From NCBI GenBank assembly GCA_963835065.1, contig CAWIEK010000044.1, positions 384,001-448,000 of the forward strand: 64,000 nucleotides of DNA. Reading direction: 5' to 3'. A program made the translations under genes and the position numbers. Position 1 is the first letter of the stretch, and each line of letters opens with the position of its first letter. Below, one piece after another: positions 10,055-19,335 of the stretch. Source of the DNA: an uncultured Chthonomonadaceae bacterium. Lineage in GTDB: Bacteria > Armatimonadota > Chthonomonadetes > Chthonomonadales > Chthonomonadaceae. Below the pieces are notes generated by a model. The model was not told the origin of the DNA. It was given only the letters and a program-made list of their open reading frames with translations, and ran no database searches.

Positions 10055-10333
10055 GAAATGCCCTCCGTAGCCCTGCATGTGTCGTCTGCAGGGATGATTT
10101 TGGTTCCGTAAGCACTACGGATGCAAAGCGGTTTGGTTTTATAAATACGGGCGGGCTATTCGTTCCACTTTGTTGTGGATGCAACGGTATGAAAGAGGTC
10201 TATTGTGTGCCTGTGTGCTAAAAGCCGCCTGTCGTACTCGAACAGCAGAAAACTGCGCTGAATATGCGCCAAAATTCTGAGATTATGGCATAATGGTTAT
10301 GTTCAGGTAAGTTTGTGTAGGGGGTGAAGAACT

Positions 10334-10642
10334 ATGTCTGTTATTGATGTCAGCCAACGAATTTCAGGGGAAAACGAAACTTCTGTCCTGCCTGCGTCCG
10401 AGTTTGCCACGCAGACCGAACTGGCGAATCGCAGTTTCTACCTTCAGGTTAAGATGATAGAAGGGGTGCAAGTCAGCCTTTCTGGTGGCGACACATGGAG
10501 CGAAAAAACCATTGTTGTTGCCATACCTGATGTATTTGGCGCTATCGCGGATCAGGTTTTTGATCTGAAAATTTGCACACATCAACAGTATCCACAAGGG
10601 AAGTTAGATGTTGTGATAAAACCTTATCCTGAATGTCAATAG
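10334..10642 (+). CDS. Small acidic hypothetical protein, putative antitoxin partner of the downstream HEPN-like gene
   Basis: 102 aa, GGGGTGA RBS-like sequence, low GC, ends 10 nt before the HEPN-like ORF. Confidence 0.55.
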   Translation: MSVIDVSQRISGENETSVLPASEFATQTELANRSFYLQVKMIEGVQVSLSGGDTWSEKTIVVAIPDVFGAIADQVFDLKICTHQQYPQGKLDVVIKPYPECQ

Positions 10643-10652
10643 GATTTGGAAC

Positions 10653-11066
10653 ATGCCTGCGCCTAAAACGACGGATAAAGAGGCTCTAAAGCACATTGCA
10701 GAAGCTTACACGAATTACCGCCGATACGAACGCTTTCTGAATGGTTCAGAAGACGTAAGTTGGGCGGTAGTGGCGTTGTTCTACTCAGCAGTTCATCTAA
10801 TGCAAGCTTATGCTTGCGCGAAGACGCCCATGAACTTGCCCAGGAACCATCTGGAGCGTGAAATATATGCCGCTAACCAGATGAAGCCAATCGCGAGGCT
10901 CTATGAGCGGATAAAAACGGTAAGTGAATGGGCGCGTTATGATATGCGATGGCTCGATGCTGCTCAGACACGCAGAATTCACGATGAAGCCTTCAGGCAA
11001 ATCCTGATTTATATGCGTGAGCAGGGCTTGTGGTGGGATGTACCGGTTACAGCCTCACACGAGTAA
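10653..11066 (+). CDS. HEPN-like domain protein (putative toxin/RNase)
   Basis: Helical 137-aa protein with WAVVALFYSAVHLMQAY, PRNH and S-x-x-ARY motifs, as seen in standalone HEPN proteins. Confidence 0.62.
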   Translation: MPAPKTTDKEALKHIAEAYTNYRRYERFLNGSEDVSWAVVALFYSAVHLMQAYACAKTPMNLPRNHLEREIYAANQMKPIARLYERIKTVSEWARYDMRWLDAAQTRRIHDEAFRQILIYMREQGLWWDVPVTASHE

Positions 11067-11074
11067 CAACAAAC

Positions 11075-11319
11075 GACGAGGTTTTGCAGCAGGCGGTTGA
11101 TGGCGTCGGAAACGCCGTCCGCCTTGCGCTTGCCCTGCCCGCCCCCGAATGGCTCCTCCATAGATTTCGACTGATCAATCAAAAAAACAAACGCGCTGGG
11201 ATTGGCGCGGCTTACTTCCGCTGTGTAGGCCATGAAATGCCCTCCGTAGCCCTGCATTTGTCGTCCGCAGGGATGATTTTGGTTCCGTAAGCACTACGGA
11301 TGCAAAGCGGTTTGGTTTC
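11075..11319 (-). pseudogene. terY: Third, truncated copy of the terY upstream region and first ~53 codons
   Basis: Matches 6172-6416 and 9896-10140. Breaks after ...RLLQNLV. Confidence 0.92.
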
Positions 11320-11349
11320 ACGCCTGCGCGCCCGCCTGTCCCTCAACGG

Positions 11350-11394
11350 CCTTCGCCCTGCAAGGGCGAAGGTGGGCGTAGCCCGGATGAGGGT
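11350..11394. repeat. REP-like double-hairpin element (CCCTCATCCGG...CCACCTTC.CCC family), single copy
   Basis: ccttcgccctgcaagggcgaaggtgggcgtagcccggatgaggg, similar to 12403-12450. Confidence 0.75.
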
Positions 11395-11464
11395 CGAAGG
11401 CTTACGGCAATCGGGGCAAATCGGAGCAAAGCCGGGTACACTCTGGTAGGAGGTATGCCATTCC

Positions 11465-12337
11465 ATGAAAGCGCGACGTTCCCTGCTGCTATTCTTGATG
11501 CTCGTTCTCGTTTTTGTCGGCGCGTGTAGCGTGTGGCTGTGGAAGGCAAATCGGCAGTACGCGCTCAACCGCCAACTCATTGCCGCCCTAAAAAACAACG
11601 ACACGAAGCAGGCGCTCGTCCTCGTCAATGCGGGAGCCGACCCGAACACGCGCTATAACCCGCCGCCTGTGCCCACGTTGCAACTGTTGCTCAATCAACT
11701 ATTGCGCCGTTCGCCTGTTCCTGCTGATGATAGCCCAACAGCGTTTTTAATGGTTTGTGGAACGGAATGGTACGAGCCAAACATTGTCCATGCAATAGGA
11801 TGTAAATGCCCGGAAGATGTAACCTTAGTTCGACTAATGCTGGCGCATAGGGCGCAATGCAATACAGTAGATGTTTACAATCGGTCTAGTCTATATTACG
11901 CAGTCATGCGCAATTATCCGCATGTGGTTCAGCTTCTTCTGGAACACGGCGCGAACGTCAACGCGCAAGATGATTATGGAATGACGCCGTTGATGTGGGC
12001 CGTTCTGAAAGCGGATACAAGCATGACCTGCCTCCTACTGGAACATGGCGCGAATGTTAGTGTTGAAGATAGTTGGGGAAGTACGGCCTTGTATAAAGCG
12101 GTGTTATATAACAGAAGTAGCAGCGCCATAGCTCTACTAATGGCGCATGGAGCCGACCCGAACCGTGCTGATGAGTACGGTAATACTCCACTAACCATTG
12201 CGCAGCAGCATCAACGTCCTAACGTTGTGGCGTTGCTGCGGGGAAACGTTAGGTTCTACCCTCATCCGGCCTCCGGCCACCTTCTCCCTGCAAGGGAGAA
12301 GGCTAAACTGTTCAATGCGCGGTTGAACAAGAGATAG
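11465..12337 (+). CDS. Ankyrin-repeat protein with N-terminal membrane anchor
   Basis: Repeated LL.HGANVN/GADPN and G.TPL motifs. Hydrophobic N-terminus. The last ~30 aa are read through a REP arm. Confidence 0.9.
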   Translation: MKARRSLLLFLMLVLVFVGACSVWLWKANRQYALNRQLIAALKNNDTKQALVLVNAGADPNTRYNPPPVPTLQLLLNQLLRRSPVPADDSPTAFLMVCGTEWYEPNIVHAIGCKCPEDVTLVRLMLAHRAQCNTVDVYNRSSLYYAVMRNYPHVVQLLLEHGANVNAQDDYGMTPLMWAVLKADTSMTCLLLEHGANVSVEDSWGSTALYKAVLYNRSSSAIALLMAHGADPNRADEYGNTPLTIAQQHQRPNVVALLRGNVRFYPHPASGHLLPAREKAKLFNARLNKR

Positions 12338-12462
12338 GGAAGCCCGTAAGCAAACCATACTCATGAAACAAATCTCTAACAAACGCACTCACCTACCACA
12401 CTGGCCTTTTCCCTTGCAGGGAGAAGGTGGCCGGAGGCCGGATGAGGGTAGAACCTAACGTT
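12246..12462. repeat. Inverted pair of ~57-bp REP-like elements (12246-12303 / 12403-12462)
   Basis: aacgttaggttctaccctcatccggcctccggccaccttctccctgcaagggagaaggc and its near-perfect reverse complement, about 100 bp apart. Confidence 0.92.
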
Positions 12463-12483
12463 CACACAAAGGAGTGCTTTCCA

Positions 12484-14178
12484 ATGGTACAAAAAACGCG
12501 CTATCGTTTCGCATTGACGCGCCATACATATCAACTTTTCACGGCCTTTTCGCTGTTGGGCGCGGCCTCGCCTGCGGCTCACGCGAAAGATGGCGGGCCG
12601 CTGCTGATGGTGGATGTGGCTGCAGACCGTCACCCGATCAGCCCGGATATTTACGGCATGAACGTGTTCGGAGCCGACGCGGGGTTTCAGGCGTTTATGG
12701 CGGAGTGTCGCCTGCCCGTCAATCGGCAGGGCGGTGACGCGACTACGCGCTATAACTGGAAAATAGACGCTTCCAACGCCGGTGATGATTGGTTCTTTAT
12801 GGCCGGCAATGGTGACGCCACGCACACGCCAAGCGGCTCTACGGACAAGTTCATCGCGTCCAACAGGGCGGCGGGCGCGAAAAGCCTGCTTACTATCCCG
12901 ATTATTGACTACATCAACAAGGCCGCGTCGTGGGACTGCACGTACCCTGTATCGCGCTTCGGCAAGCAGGAAAAAGTAAACCCGTATGTCCATCCTGTGA
13001 TTGACGGCAAGCCGACGGATGCGGGCAATGGGCGCAAATCCGACGGCAAGATGATCGCGCTGACCAAAGAAGACATTCTGCGCGTTCATATTGCGAACTC
13101 GCCCGATTTTCAAAAGCAGTGGGTGCAGTACCTTGTCGGCAAGTTTGGCGCGGCGAACAAGGGCGGCGTGGCGATTTACGAAATGGACAACGAGCCGAGT
13201 GGATGGGGCAACACGCACCGCGACATTCACCCCGACCCGACCGGCTATGACGAACTGATTCAGAAAACCCAAACGTATGCGGCAATGGTCAAGGCGGTTG
13301 ATCCCACTGCCGCCATTGACGGGCCGGGGGATTTCGGCTGGCCGGTCTATTTTGGCGGCGGCAAACCCGGCGACGACGCCAAAAGCCACAATCTGGGCTT
13401 CGCGGAATACTACCTGCAGCAGATGCGGGCGTGGGAACAAAAGCACGGCAAGCGCCTGCTCGATTATTTCGACGAACACTACTACCCGGTTTCTAATGAC
13501 GGCGTGGGCGGGCTGGCGAACAGCGGCGTGGGGGATGCGGCCATGCAAAACCTGCGCCTGCAATCCACGCGCTCGCTGTGGGACCCGTCGTATGTGGAGC
13601 AAAACTGGATCGGCAAGTACAGCGGCGCAATCCGACTCATCCCGCGCTTTCATGAATGGGTGGACAAGAACTATCCCGGCACGAAAATTGCGATTACGGA
13701 GTACAACTTCGGCGGATTGGAAGCCATGAACGGGGCGCTGGCGCAGGCGGACGCGCTCGGCATCTTCGGCAGGGAGCGGCTCGATCTGGCAACCCTGTGG
13801 GGACCACCCAAGCCCAATCAACCCGGCGCGTTCGCGTTCCGCATGTTCCGCAACTACGACGGCAAAGGCGGGCGCTTTGGCGAAACGTGGGTTCAATCCA
13901 AAAGCGGCGACCCAAGCAAACTGGCGATCTATGGCGCGGAGCGCAAATCCGACGGGGCCTTAACGCTCGTCGTCATCAACAAAACGGGGGACGACCTGAC
14001 CAGCAAGATGATTGTCTCCGGCTTCAGTTCTGGCGGCAACGCGCAGAAATTCCGCTACTCCGAGGCGAACCTGAACGCGATTGTGCCGCTTCCCGCTCAA
14101 AAGCCAAAGGGCAATGGCTTCACCACCACCTACCCGCCCAATTCCATCACCATGCTTGAATTGATGGCCGGGCTTTAG
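12484..14178 (+). CDS. Secreted glycoside hydrolase family 44 (endoglucanase/xyloglucanase-like)
   Basis: Motifs ISPDIYGMN, RQGGDATTRYNW, YEMDNEP, WGNTHRDIHP, LLDYFDEHYYP, RLQSTRSLWDPSY, YPGTKIAITEYN and FRNYDG. Confidence 0.9.
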   Translation: MVQKTRYRFALTRHTYQLFTAFSLLGAASPAAHAKDGGPLLMVDVAADRHPISPDIYGMNVFGADAGFQAFMAECRLPVNRQGGDATTRYNWKIDASNAGDDWFFMAGNGDATHTPSGSTDKFIASNRAAGAKSLLTIPIIDYINKAASWDCTYPVSRFGKQEKVNPYVHPVIDGKPTDAGNGRKSDGKMIALTKEDILRVHIANSPDFQKQWVQYLVGKFGAANKGGVAIYEMDNEPSGWGNTHRDIHPDPTGYDELIQKTQTYAAMVKAVDPTAAIDGPGDFGWPVYFGGGKPGDDAKSHNLGFAEYYLQQMRAWEQKHGKRLLDYFDEHYYPVSNDGVGGLANSGVGDAAMQNLRLQSTRSLWDPSYVEQNWIGKYSGAIRLIPRFHEWVDKNYPGTKIAITEYNFGGLEAMNGALAQADALGIFGRERLDLATLWGPPKPNQPGAFAFRMFRNYDGKGGRFGETWVQSKSGDPSKLAIYGAERKSDGALTLVVINKTGDDLTSKMIVSGFSSGGNAQKFRYSEANLNAIVPLPAQKPKGNGFTTTYPPNSITMLELMAGL

Positions 14179-14228
14179 CAGGGCTATCAGCGTTCAACCG
14201 GGTATATAAAACGCTTGCTGTGAATACT

Positions 14229-14349
14229 AGCCGGGGATTGAAAATTCCCGGCAGGAAAGTGCAAGCGTCTTTCAGACGCAACTTCCAGAAAGCAGAGGCG
14301 CGTCTGAAAGACGCTTGCTTTGTCCAGACAGGGGTTTTCAACCCCTGGC
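14229..14349. repeat. Composite REP cluster (BIME-like) between convergent genes
   Basis: Hairpins ccggggattgaaaattcccgg and caggggttttcaacccctg flank an inverted pair gcaagcgtctttcagacgc / gcgtctgaaagacgcttgc. Confidence 0.8.
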
Positions 14350-14504
14350 AACCACAGGGGCGCTATTTCACAGCAAGCGTATAAAATACCCGGTCGTCAG
14401 ACCTGCGGCCAATCGTCCTGCGGACGAAGAAGGCGTTGCGCTAAAGTGAGTGGAAGTGATCTGTTCCTAAACCAAAGTACAACAGACAAAGCTATCACAC
14501 TCGC

Positions 14505-14560
14505 TCCATTCTCCCTCCGAACGCAGTTCGGGAATCAGGGAGAAGGGCCGGGGTTGAGGG
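14505..14560. repeat. REP-like element (ccctcaaccccggcccttctccc family)
   Basis: ttctccct...agggagaagggccggggttgaggg, with the same architecture as the 12246 element. Confidence 0.6.
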
Positions 14561-14647
14561 TACAACCTCCCGCCCTCGCCACACCCCCAGTTCCCCTGCC
14601 GTATGCGTCAATGGACAAACGCGCTTACAGCGCCGCCACGAACTATT

Positions 14648-16314
14648 TCAGGCATCTTCCCACTGTCGCAACAACTTCTCGGCTGCTTCGGCCTGCGTCT
14701 CCATTCCCGCTTTACGATAACCAGTAATGGCACAATGCAGTGCCTGCCGTGCCGAGTCGCTTTTTCCCAACTCTTTTTGTGTGATGGCAAGGTTGAACTG
14801 CGTATCTGCCCATTCGAACGGAAAGTCGAGTTTAGTATGAACGCTCAATGTTGCCTCGTAACAGTCAATGGCGTATTGCAAATTGGCGTCTCGGTCGCCA
14901 GTGGAAAGGTCACTGTATGCAACGCCCAGGTTATTTTGCGTACTGGCCCACTCGTAAGGAAAGGTGGCTTCTGTAAACACGCGCAGAGCGGCCTTATAGC
15001 AGGCGATTGCCTGTTGCAAGTTGTGTGCCCGGTCGCCGGTGAGAAGGCTTCTGTACGCATTGCCCAAGTTGTATTGCGTCCTTGCCCACTCATACGGATA
15101 GCTGGCTTCGGTGCGGACGCGCAGAGCGGCTTTATAGCAGTCAATGGCGTATTGCAAATTGGCATCTCGGTCGCCAGTGATAAGGTCGCTGTATGCAGCA
15201 CCTAAATTGTGTTGTGTCGTGGCCCAATCCTGCGGAAATTCGGCTTCTGTGAACACGCGCAGAGTGGCCTCATAGCAGTCAATGGCGTACTGTAGATTGG
15301 TATCCGGGTCACCGACGGGAAGTTCGCTGTACGCATTGCCCAAGTTATTCTGTGTCATAGCATATTCTTGGATGAAATTATCTTCTGTAAACACGCGCAG
15401 AGCGGCCTTATAGCAGGCGATTGCCTGTTGCAAGTTGTGTGCCCGGTCGCCGGTGAGAAGGTTTCTGTACGCATTGCCCAAAATATCGTGTCAGCGTGCC
15501 CATTCATATGAATTGAGTTCCTCAGAAAGCAGGGTAATCGCTTCTTTCGCAACCTGTAAGCTACGCCGAACATGCTGCGGATAGGCAGGGCCATGCAAAT
15601 CCAATAGGGCGTCTGCCAAGCCGAGCAGAGCGCGGGCGCGTTTCGGTGTGGGTTCTACATGATGTTGGCGACTTGCTCTTCGTAAAACGTGGCAGCGCTC
15701 CGGACGGCGGCAGGCAACAAGATGGCAGGTTGTGGGGGCGAATCCCTCTCCATTATGGCGGGGAAACGCTCAACGGGCATTGGTTCCGGGGCGGCGTTGA
15801 AGAAGCGGAACAATCCGGCGTAGTGGTCGAAGAAGTCGGGAGCCTGTTTTATGAGCGCGGTAAAGACGTAGGGCAGACACCAGACGAGGAACGGGGCCGG
15901 GACGTGATGATGCAGGGATTCGCGCTGCTGGTTCAGGAGGGCGAGGGCGGGCGGGCGAACGGGTTCCGCGCCGATTTCCGGCACGATGCCCGGCGTTTCT
16001 TCCAGTCCGGCAAGCGCGATAACATCGGCTTCCGTAACCGGCGCTTCCAGTTCCGGCAGGTCGAACACATTCCATTGCCGACGGTTTAATTCGGCGACGC
16101 GCAGGCAGACACCCTCGGCGGCAAGGTCGGCGCGTAATCGTTCCAAAAGCGCATCGCGCAGAACGTTGGAAAAATCGCTTTCGATGGGAAACAGGAAGAA
16201 ACTGCCGCGCGCCATACGCAGGACGCGCAGCAAACGACGATATTCCTTTTCGCCCGCCGCGTCCAGCGCGCGTTCAAGGTCAGGCTTCGGTTTTGTCGTT
16301 AGCGCGGCAGGCAT
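14648..16314 (-). pseudogene. TPR-repeat protein with N-terminal degenerate P-loop-like domain, disrupted
   Basis: ORF 15655..16335 and TPR ORF 14648..15481 join via a frameshift near 15665 and an in-frame TGA at 15491-15493 (YEWAR*HDILGNAY vs the intact repeat YEWARTQYNLGNAY). 46-aa TPR units. Confidence 0.8.
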
Positions 16315-17722
16315 TGCGGAACTCCTCGGTTTCAATCAGAACAGGGTGTACGTCCAGCCAGGGTTTACCGTTCTCAGTATACTCCAGCAGGCAGCCGTTG
16401 AACAGCAGACGATTGATTGCCTCGCTATAATTGTCCTTGTGCATGGCGACCGATTCACGCTTTGCGATAGCGGCAAGGCAGCGATAATCGTATGGCGTGG
16501 TGGTCAGGAACCGCATGTAAACGCTGCGGAGGTTTTCGACAGCCTTTTGCGCGGCCTCACTCGAAATCTGAGTTTCGCCGCCCTCCGCAAAGGTTGCGGC
16601 GGAACTCACAAGTTTCATCAAATCCCGGATGGCTCCGCCGCTCATTTTAATCAGCAAATCGGCATCTTCTGGATTGGCGAATACGTCTTCTATGACAATA
16701 CGTTTCGCAAGCGCGCTTCGCAGCAAGGCGATACTTGCCGGATCAAAATCGCTGTCCGCAACCGTATCGGCCCAGGGCGCGGCATGGTGACGCAGGGCCA
16801 GCATGGGCAGGGTAATTTGCAGCCCGTATTCCTCGCTTACTTTGCCGGTAATCGGCTTATAGGCCAGGGCAATCGGAAACGTGAACAGGGCATGGCAGGC
16901 CAGTTGGCGCATCTGCTGACTGCCGCGAACCAAAATGGCGTCAATGTTGGCCGGGTCATAGCGGTCAAGGTTGTCGAAAATGAGCAGCATCCCGCGCGGT
17001 TTGCCGATGGCTGTCAGGGTTGCGTTGGCTGTTTCCAGCAAGTCGCGCGTATAATCTATGAGCGTACCGGGGTAGCGTCGCAGCGTGTCACGGGTTTTGA
17101 TGGAATGTGCCGTCGTGCCTTTGAAACTGGCGGTCAGTTTGGTGAACAGGCTGCCCAGGCTGAACGGCAGAGAACCGCCCAATTGCATCCCGACTTCCAC
17201 GCCGATTTCCGATTTGCGCTCATCCGTATCCTCGTGAATAATTTCGCTGAACCATCGAATAATGCGGCCAAGTTTCTCCTGCGGCAGAGGATACCCGCAG
17301 TCCTGCATGGCCTTTTCAATCAGCACGGCGGCCAGCAGAAACAGATCCGAGTAGTCCAGTTCAATCATGCCATAGCGGGAGTTTACTTCGACTCTGGCTG
17401 CAAGGAACCCCTGCGATTCCGCCCAACTTTTCAGCGTGAGCAGTTCTGTAGACTTCCCGGAACCGCCATGTCCGCACAGCAACAGATGATGATACTCTCC
17501 TTCCTCCAGCGGCATCATAAGCCGTTCACAGAGTGGCTCGATGCTGCCGCCGTGCCGCAGCGCTTTCAAGTCTGCGCGGCGAGAATCGCTTTCGACGAGC
17601 GGTTTGCCGGGATTACACGCCTGCAGCACTTGTATTCTGGCGGACACGGGCCAGGGAGGATGTTGTGTCGGCGCGGGCAAATTGGCGCGCGGGATAGGCA
17701 CGAGCGGGTTATCTGACGGCAT
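16280..17722 (-). CDS. P-loop ATPase (AAA/KAP/STAND-like) coupled to the TPR gene
   Basis: Walker A GHGGSGKST, Walker B LLIFDNLDR, SGGAIRDL and C-terminal LLEY...WLDVHP. Overlaps the TPR gene start. Confidence 0.85.
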   Translation of the reverse strand: MPSDNPLVPIPRANLPAPTQHPPWPVSARIQVLQACNPGKPLVESDSRRADLKALRHGGSIEPLCERLMMPLEEGEYHHLLLCGHGGSGKSTELLTLKSWAESQGFLAARVEVNSRYGMIELDYSDLFLLAAVLIEKAMQDCGYPLPQEKLGRIIRWFSEIIHEDTDERKSEIGVEVGMQLGGSLPFSLGSLFTKLTASFKGTTAHSIKTRDTLRRYPGTLIDYTRDLLETANATLTAIGKPRGMLLIFDNLDRYDPANIDAILVRGSQQMRQLACHALFTFPIALAYKPITGKVSEEYGLQITLPMLALRHHAAPWADTVADSDFDPASIALLRSALAKRIVIEDVFANPEDADLLIKMSGGAIRDLMKLVSSAATFAEGGETQISSEAAQKAVENLRSVYMRFLTTTPYDYRCLAAIAKRESVAMHKDNYSEAINRLLFNGCLLEYTENGKPWLDVHPVLIETEEFRNACRANDKTEA

Positions 17723-17868
17723 CGGGTTCCGGCTCCTGTGAGGATGACGAGCGTTTAATTGTCCTATGATACCCCACCTTGAACAAGAATTTTCTGTCGG
17801 ACGCCTGAACGCAGGTTAGCCCCGGTTTTCCAGATCAGGCGTTTTGAAGAACATAGAAGTTAGTTCAT

Positions 17869-17898
17869 TTGACAGCCCGCGCCCTGATACGGCATAAT
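17869..17898 (+). promoter_or_regulatory. Sigma70-like promoter, probably leaderless
   Basis: TTGACA (17869)-N18-CATAAT (17893). ATG at 17905 with no SD sequence. Confidence 0.55.
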
Positions 17899-17904
17899 CT
17901 GTGT

Positions 17905-19212
17905 ATGTCCAACCAAGTTTTTGAGAACCTGTCAAACTGGCGTGAGGAGGCCATTAACACTTCTCTGCAGGAGCGCGATAATGACGGCGAACCCTCGGCG
18001 TATGCCCTGCTCCATGCTATCCGCCGCCACCGTCCGGGCTGCCATACCCTGTCCTTGTCTCTGGAACGCCCGCAATTGCTGCGGTTTTTGCGCAGCCGGG
18101 CACAGAACGCGCGCAGCCAACTGACCGGCAGCAGCGTTCATCTGAGCAATGGCAAGCCCGATCCGTATTTCGACTGGCTTACGTTCGGGTGGGAGGGTGG
18201 CGAACTGGAATTGCTGCTGTGCCCCGCCCTGGGTTCGCACGGCATGGCGTTCGTGTTCGGCGATAATGAAGCGCGGGTGCTGTCGTTTGCCACGCAGGGG
18301 GAGACGTTTGCGAACCGGCCCGAAGGCCGCAGCCTGGCGTATATGGGGCGCTGGGAAAGCGCGCCTGAAATGGACGCGGAAATCGGCAGCGTCACCTGGG
18401 AGGACGTGATTTTGCCCCACAACACGCTGACAGGCATACGCGAGGCTGTCGAGGGGTTTGTGCGGCATCGCAAAGCGTATGAAACGCTCGGCTTTGCGTG
18501 GCGGCGCGGCCTGCTGCTCGTCGGCCCGCCCGGAACCGGCAAAACCATGCTGTGCAAAGCCGCCGCCGCCGCGCTTCCCGACCTGCCATTCCTTTACGTG
18601 CGCGATATGAGTTCCATGTCAGGCGGCAGCAATTACCACATCATCAACGCGGTTTTCAAGCGCGCCCGCGAACTCGCCCCCTGCCTGCTGGCCTTTGAGG
18701 ACATTGACAGCCTGGTGAACTCGTCGAACCGCTCACAGTTTCTCAACGAACTGGACGGGTTTCAAAACAACAACGGCCTGCTGATTATCGCCAGTTCCAA
18801 CCATCCGGGCAAGATTGACGAGGCGCTGCTCAAGCGTCCGTCGCGCTTTGACCGCGTGTTCCACATCGGCCTGCCCGCCCTTGCCGAACGCCGCGCGTAT
18901 TGCCGCCAGATTTTGTCCCGCACTACCCTTGCCGAACAAATGTCGCCTGCGCTGGACACAGCCCAACTGTCGCAGCAGGTGGCGGAGCGCACGGACGGCT
19001 TCACGCCTGCGTATCTGAAAGAAGTGTTCGTGTCCGCCGCCTTGAAGCAGGCGCAGGACGGCGCGGACGTTCTCGATACGCGCTTTGCCGCATCCGTTCT
19101 GGAACAGATCGAGGAACTGCGCGCCTATCTCCAGCAGGTGAAAGACCCCGACGCCATGGGCGACTTCCTCAACCCGGAAGCCAGTCCGATTGGCATTCGG
19201 CGGGATAGGTAA
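17905..19212 (+). CDS. AAA+ ATPase (classical clade, single AAA domain)
   Basis: Motifs RGLLLVGPPGTGKT, LAFEDIDS, FLNELDG and DEALLKRPSRFDR. Confidence 0.92.
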   Translation: MSNQVFENLSNWREEAINTSLQERDNDGEPSAYALLHAIRRHRPGCHTLSLSLERPQLLRFLRSRAQNARSQLTGSSVHLSNGKPDPYFDWLTFGWEGGELELLLCPALGSHGMAFVFGDNEARVLSFATQGETFANRPEGRSLAYMGRWESAPEMDAEIGSVTWEDVILPHNTLTGIREAVEGFVRHRKAYETLGFAWRRGLLLVGPPGTGKTMLCKAAAAALPDLPFLYVRDMSSMSGGSNYHIINAVFKRARELAPCLLAFEDIDSLVNSSNRSQFLNELDGFQNNNGLLIIASSNHPGKIDEALLKRPSRFDRVFHIGLPALAERRAYCRQILSRTTLAEQMSPALDTAQLSQQVAERTDGFTPAYLKEVFVSAALKQAQDGADVLDTRFAASVLEQIEELRAYLQQVKDPDAMGDFLNPEASPIGIRRDR

Positions 19213-19214
19213 GA

Positions 19215-19335
19215 AGGTGTTAGGTGTTAGGTGTTGGGAACACCGCAGCGTTTGCATCAGGAACTACTATGCAGTCATTACAACAACAGCCGAATACGGA
19301 CGCTCCGAACACCCAACACCCAACACCCAACACCC
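19215..19335. repeat. Heptamer palindrome (AGGTGTT)3 ... (AACACCC)4
   Basis: Complementary tandem arms. The left arm starts 2 nt after the AAA stop codon. Confidence 0.9.

Larger units (their letters stand above)
2740..10140. repeat. Direct tandem duplication, period 3,725 bp (about 2740-6415 and 6465-10140)
   Basis: All three ORF starts repeat at +3725. The sequence is visibly identical apart from scattered SNPs, with a unique junction of about 50 bp at 6416-6464. Confidence 0.97.

Noticed and set aside
14648..15481. TPR DNA repeats, or the terY remnant at 11075, as a diversity-generating retroelement TR/VR pair
   Set aside because: There is no reverse transcriptase in the window and the differences are not confined to adenines.
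15986..17716. Long antisense ORFs (also 12376..13896, 45699..47894, 60324..61760, 26759..28042)
   Set aside because: These are shadow frames of well-supported opposite-strand genes in GC-rich DNA, with no recognisable motifs.
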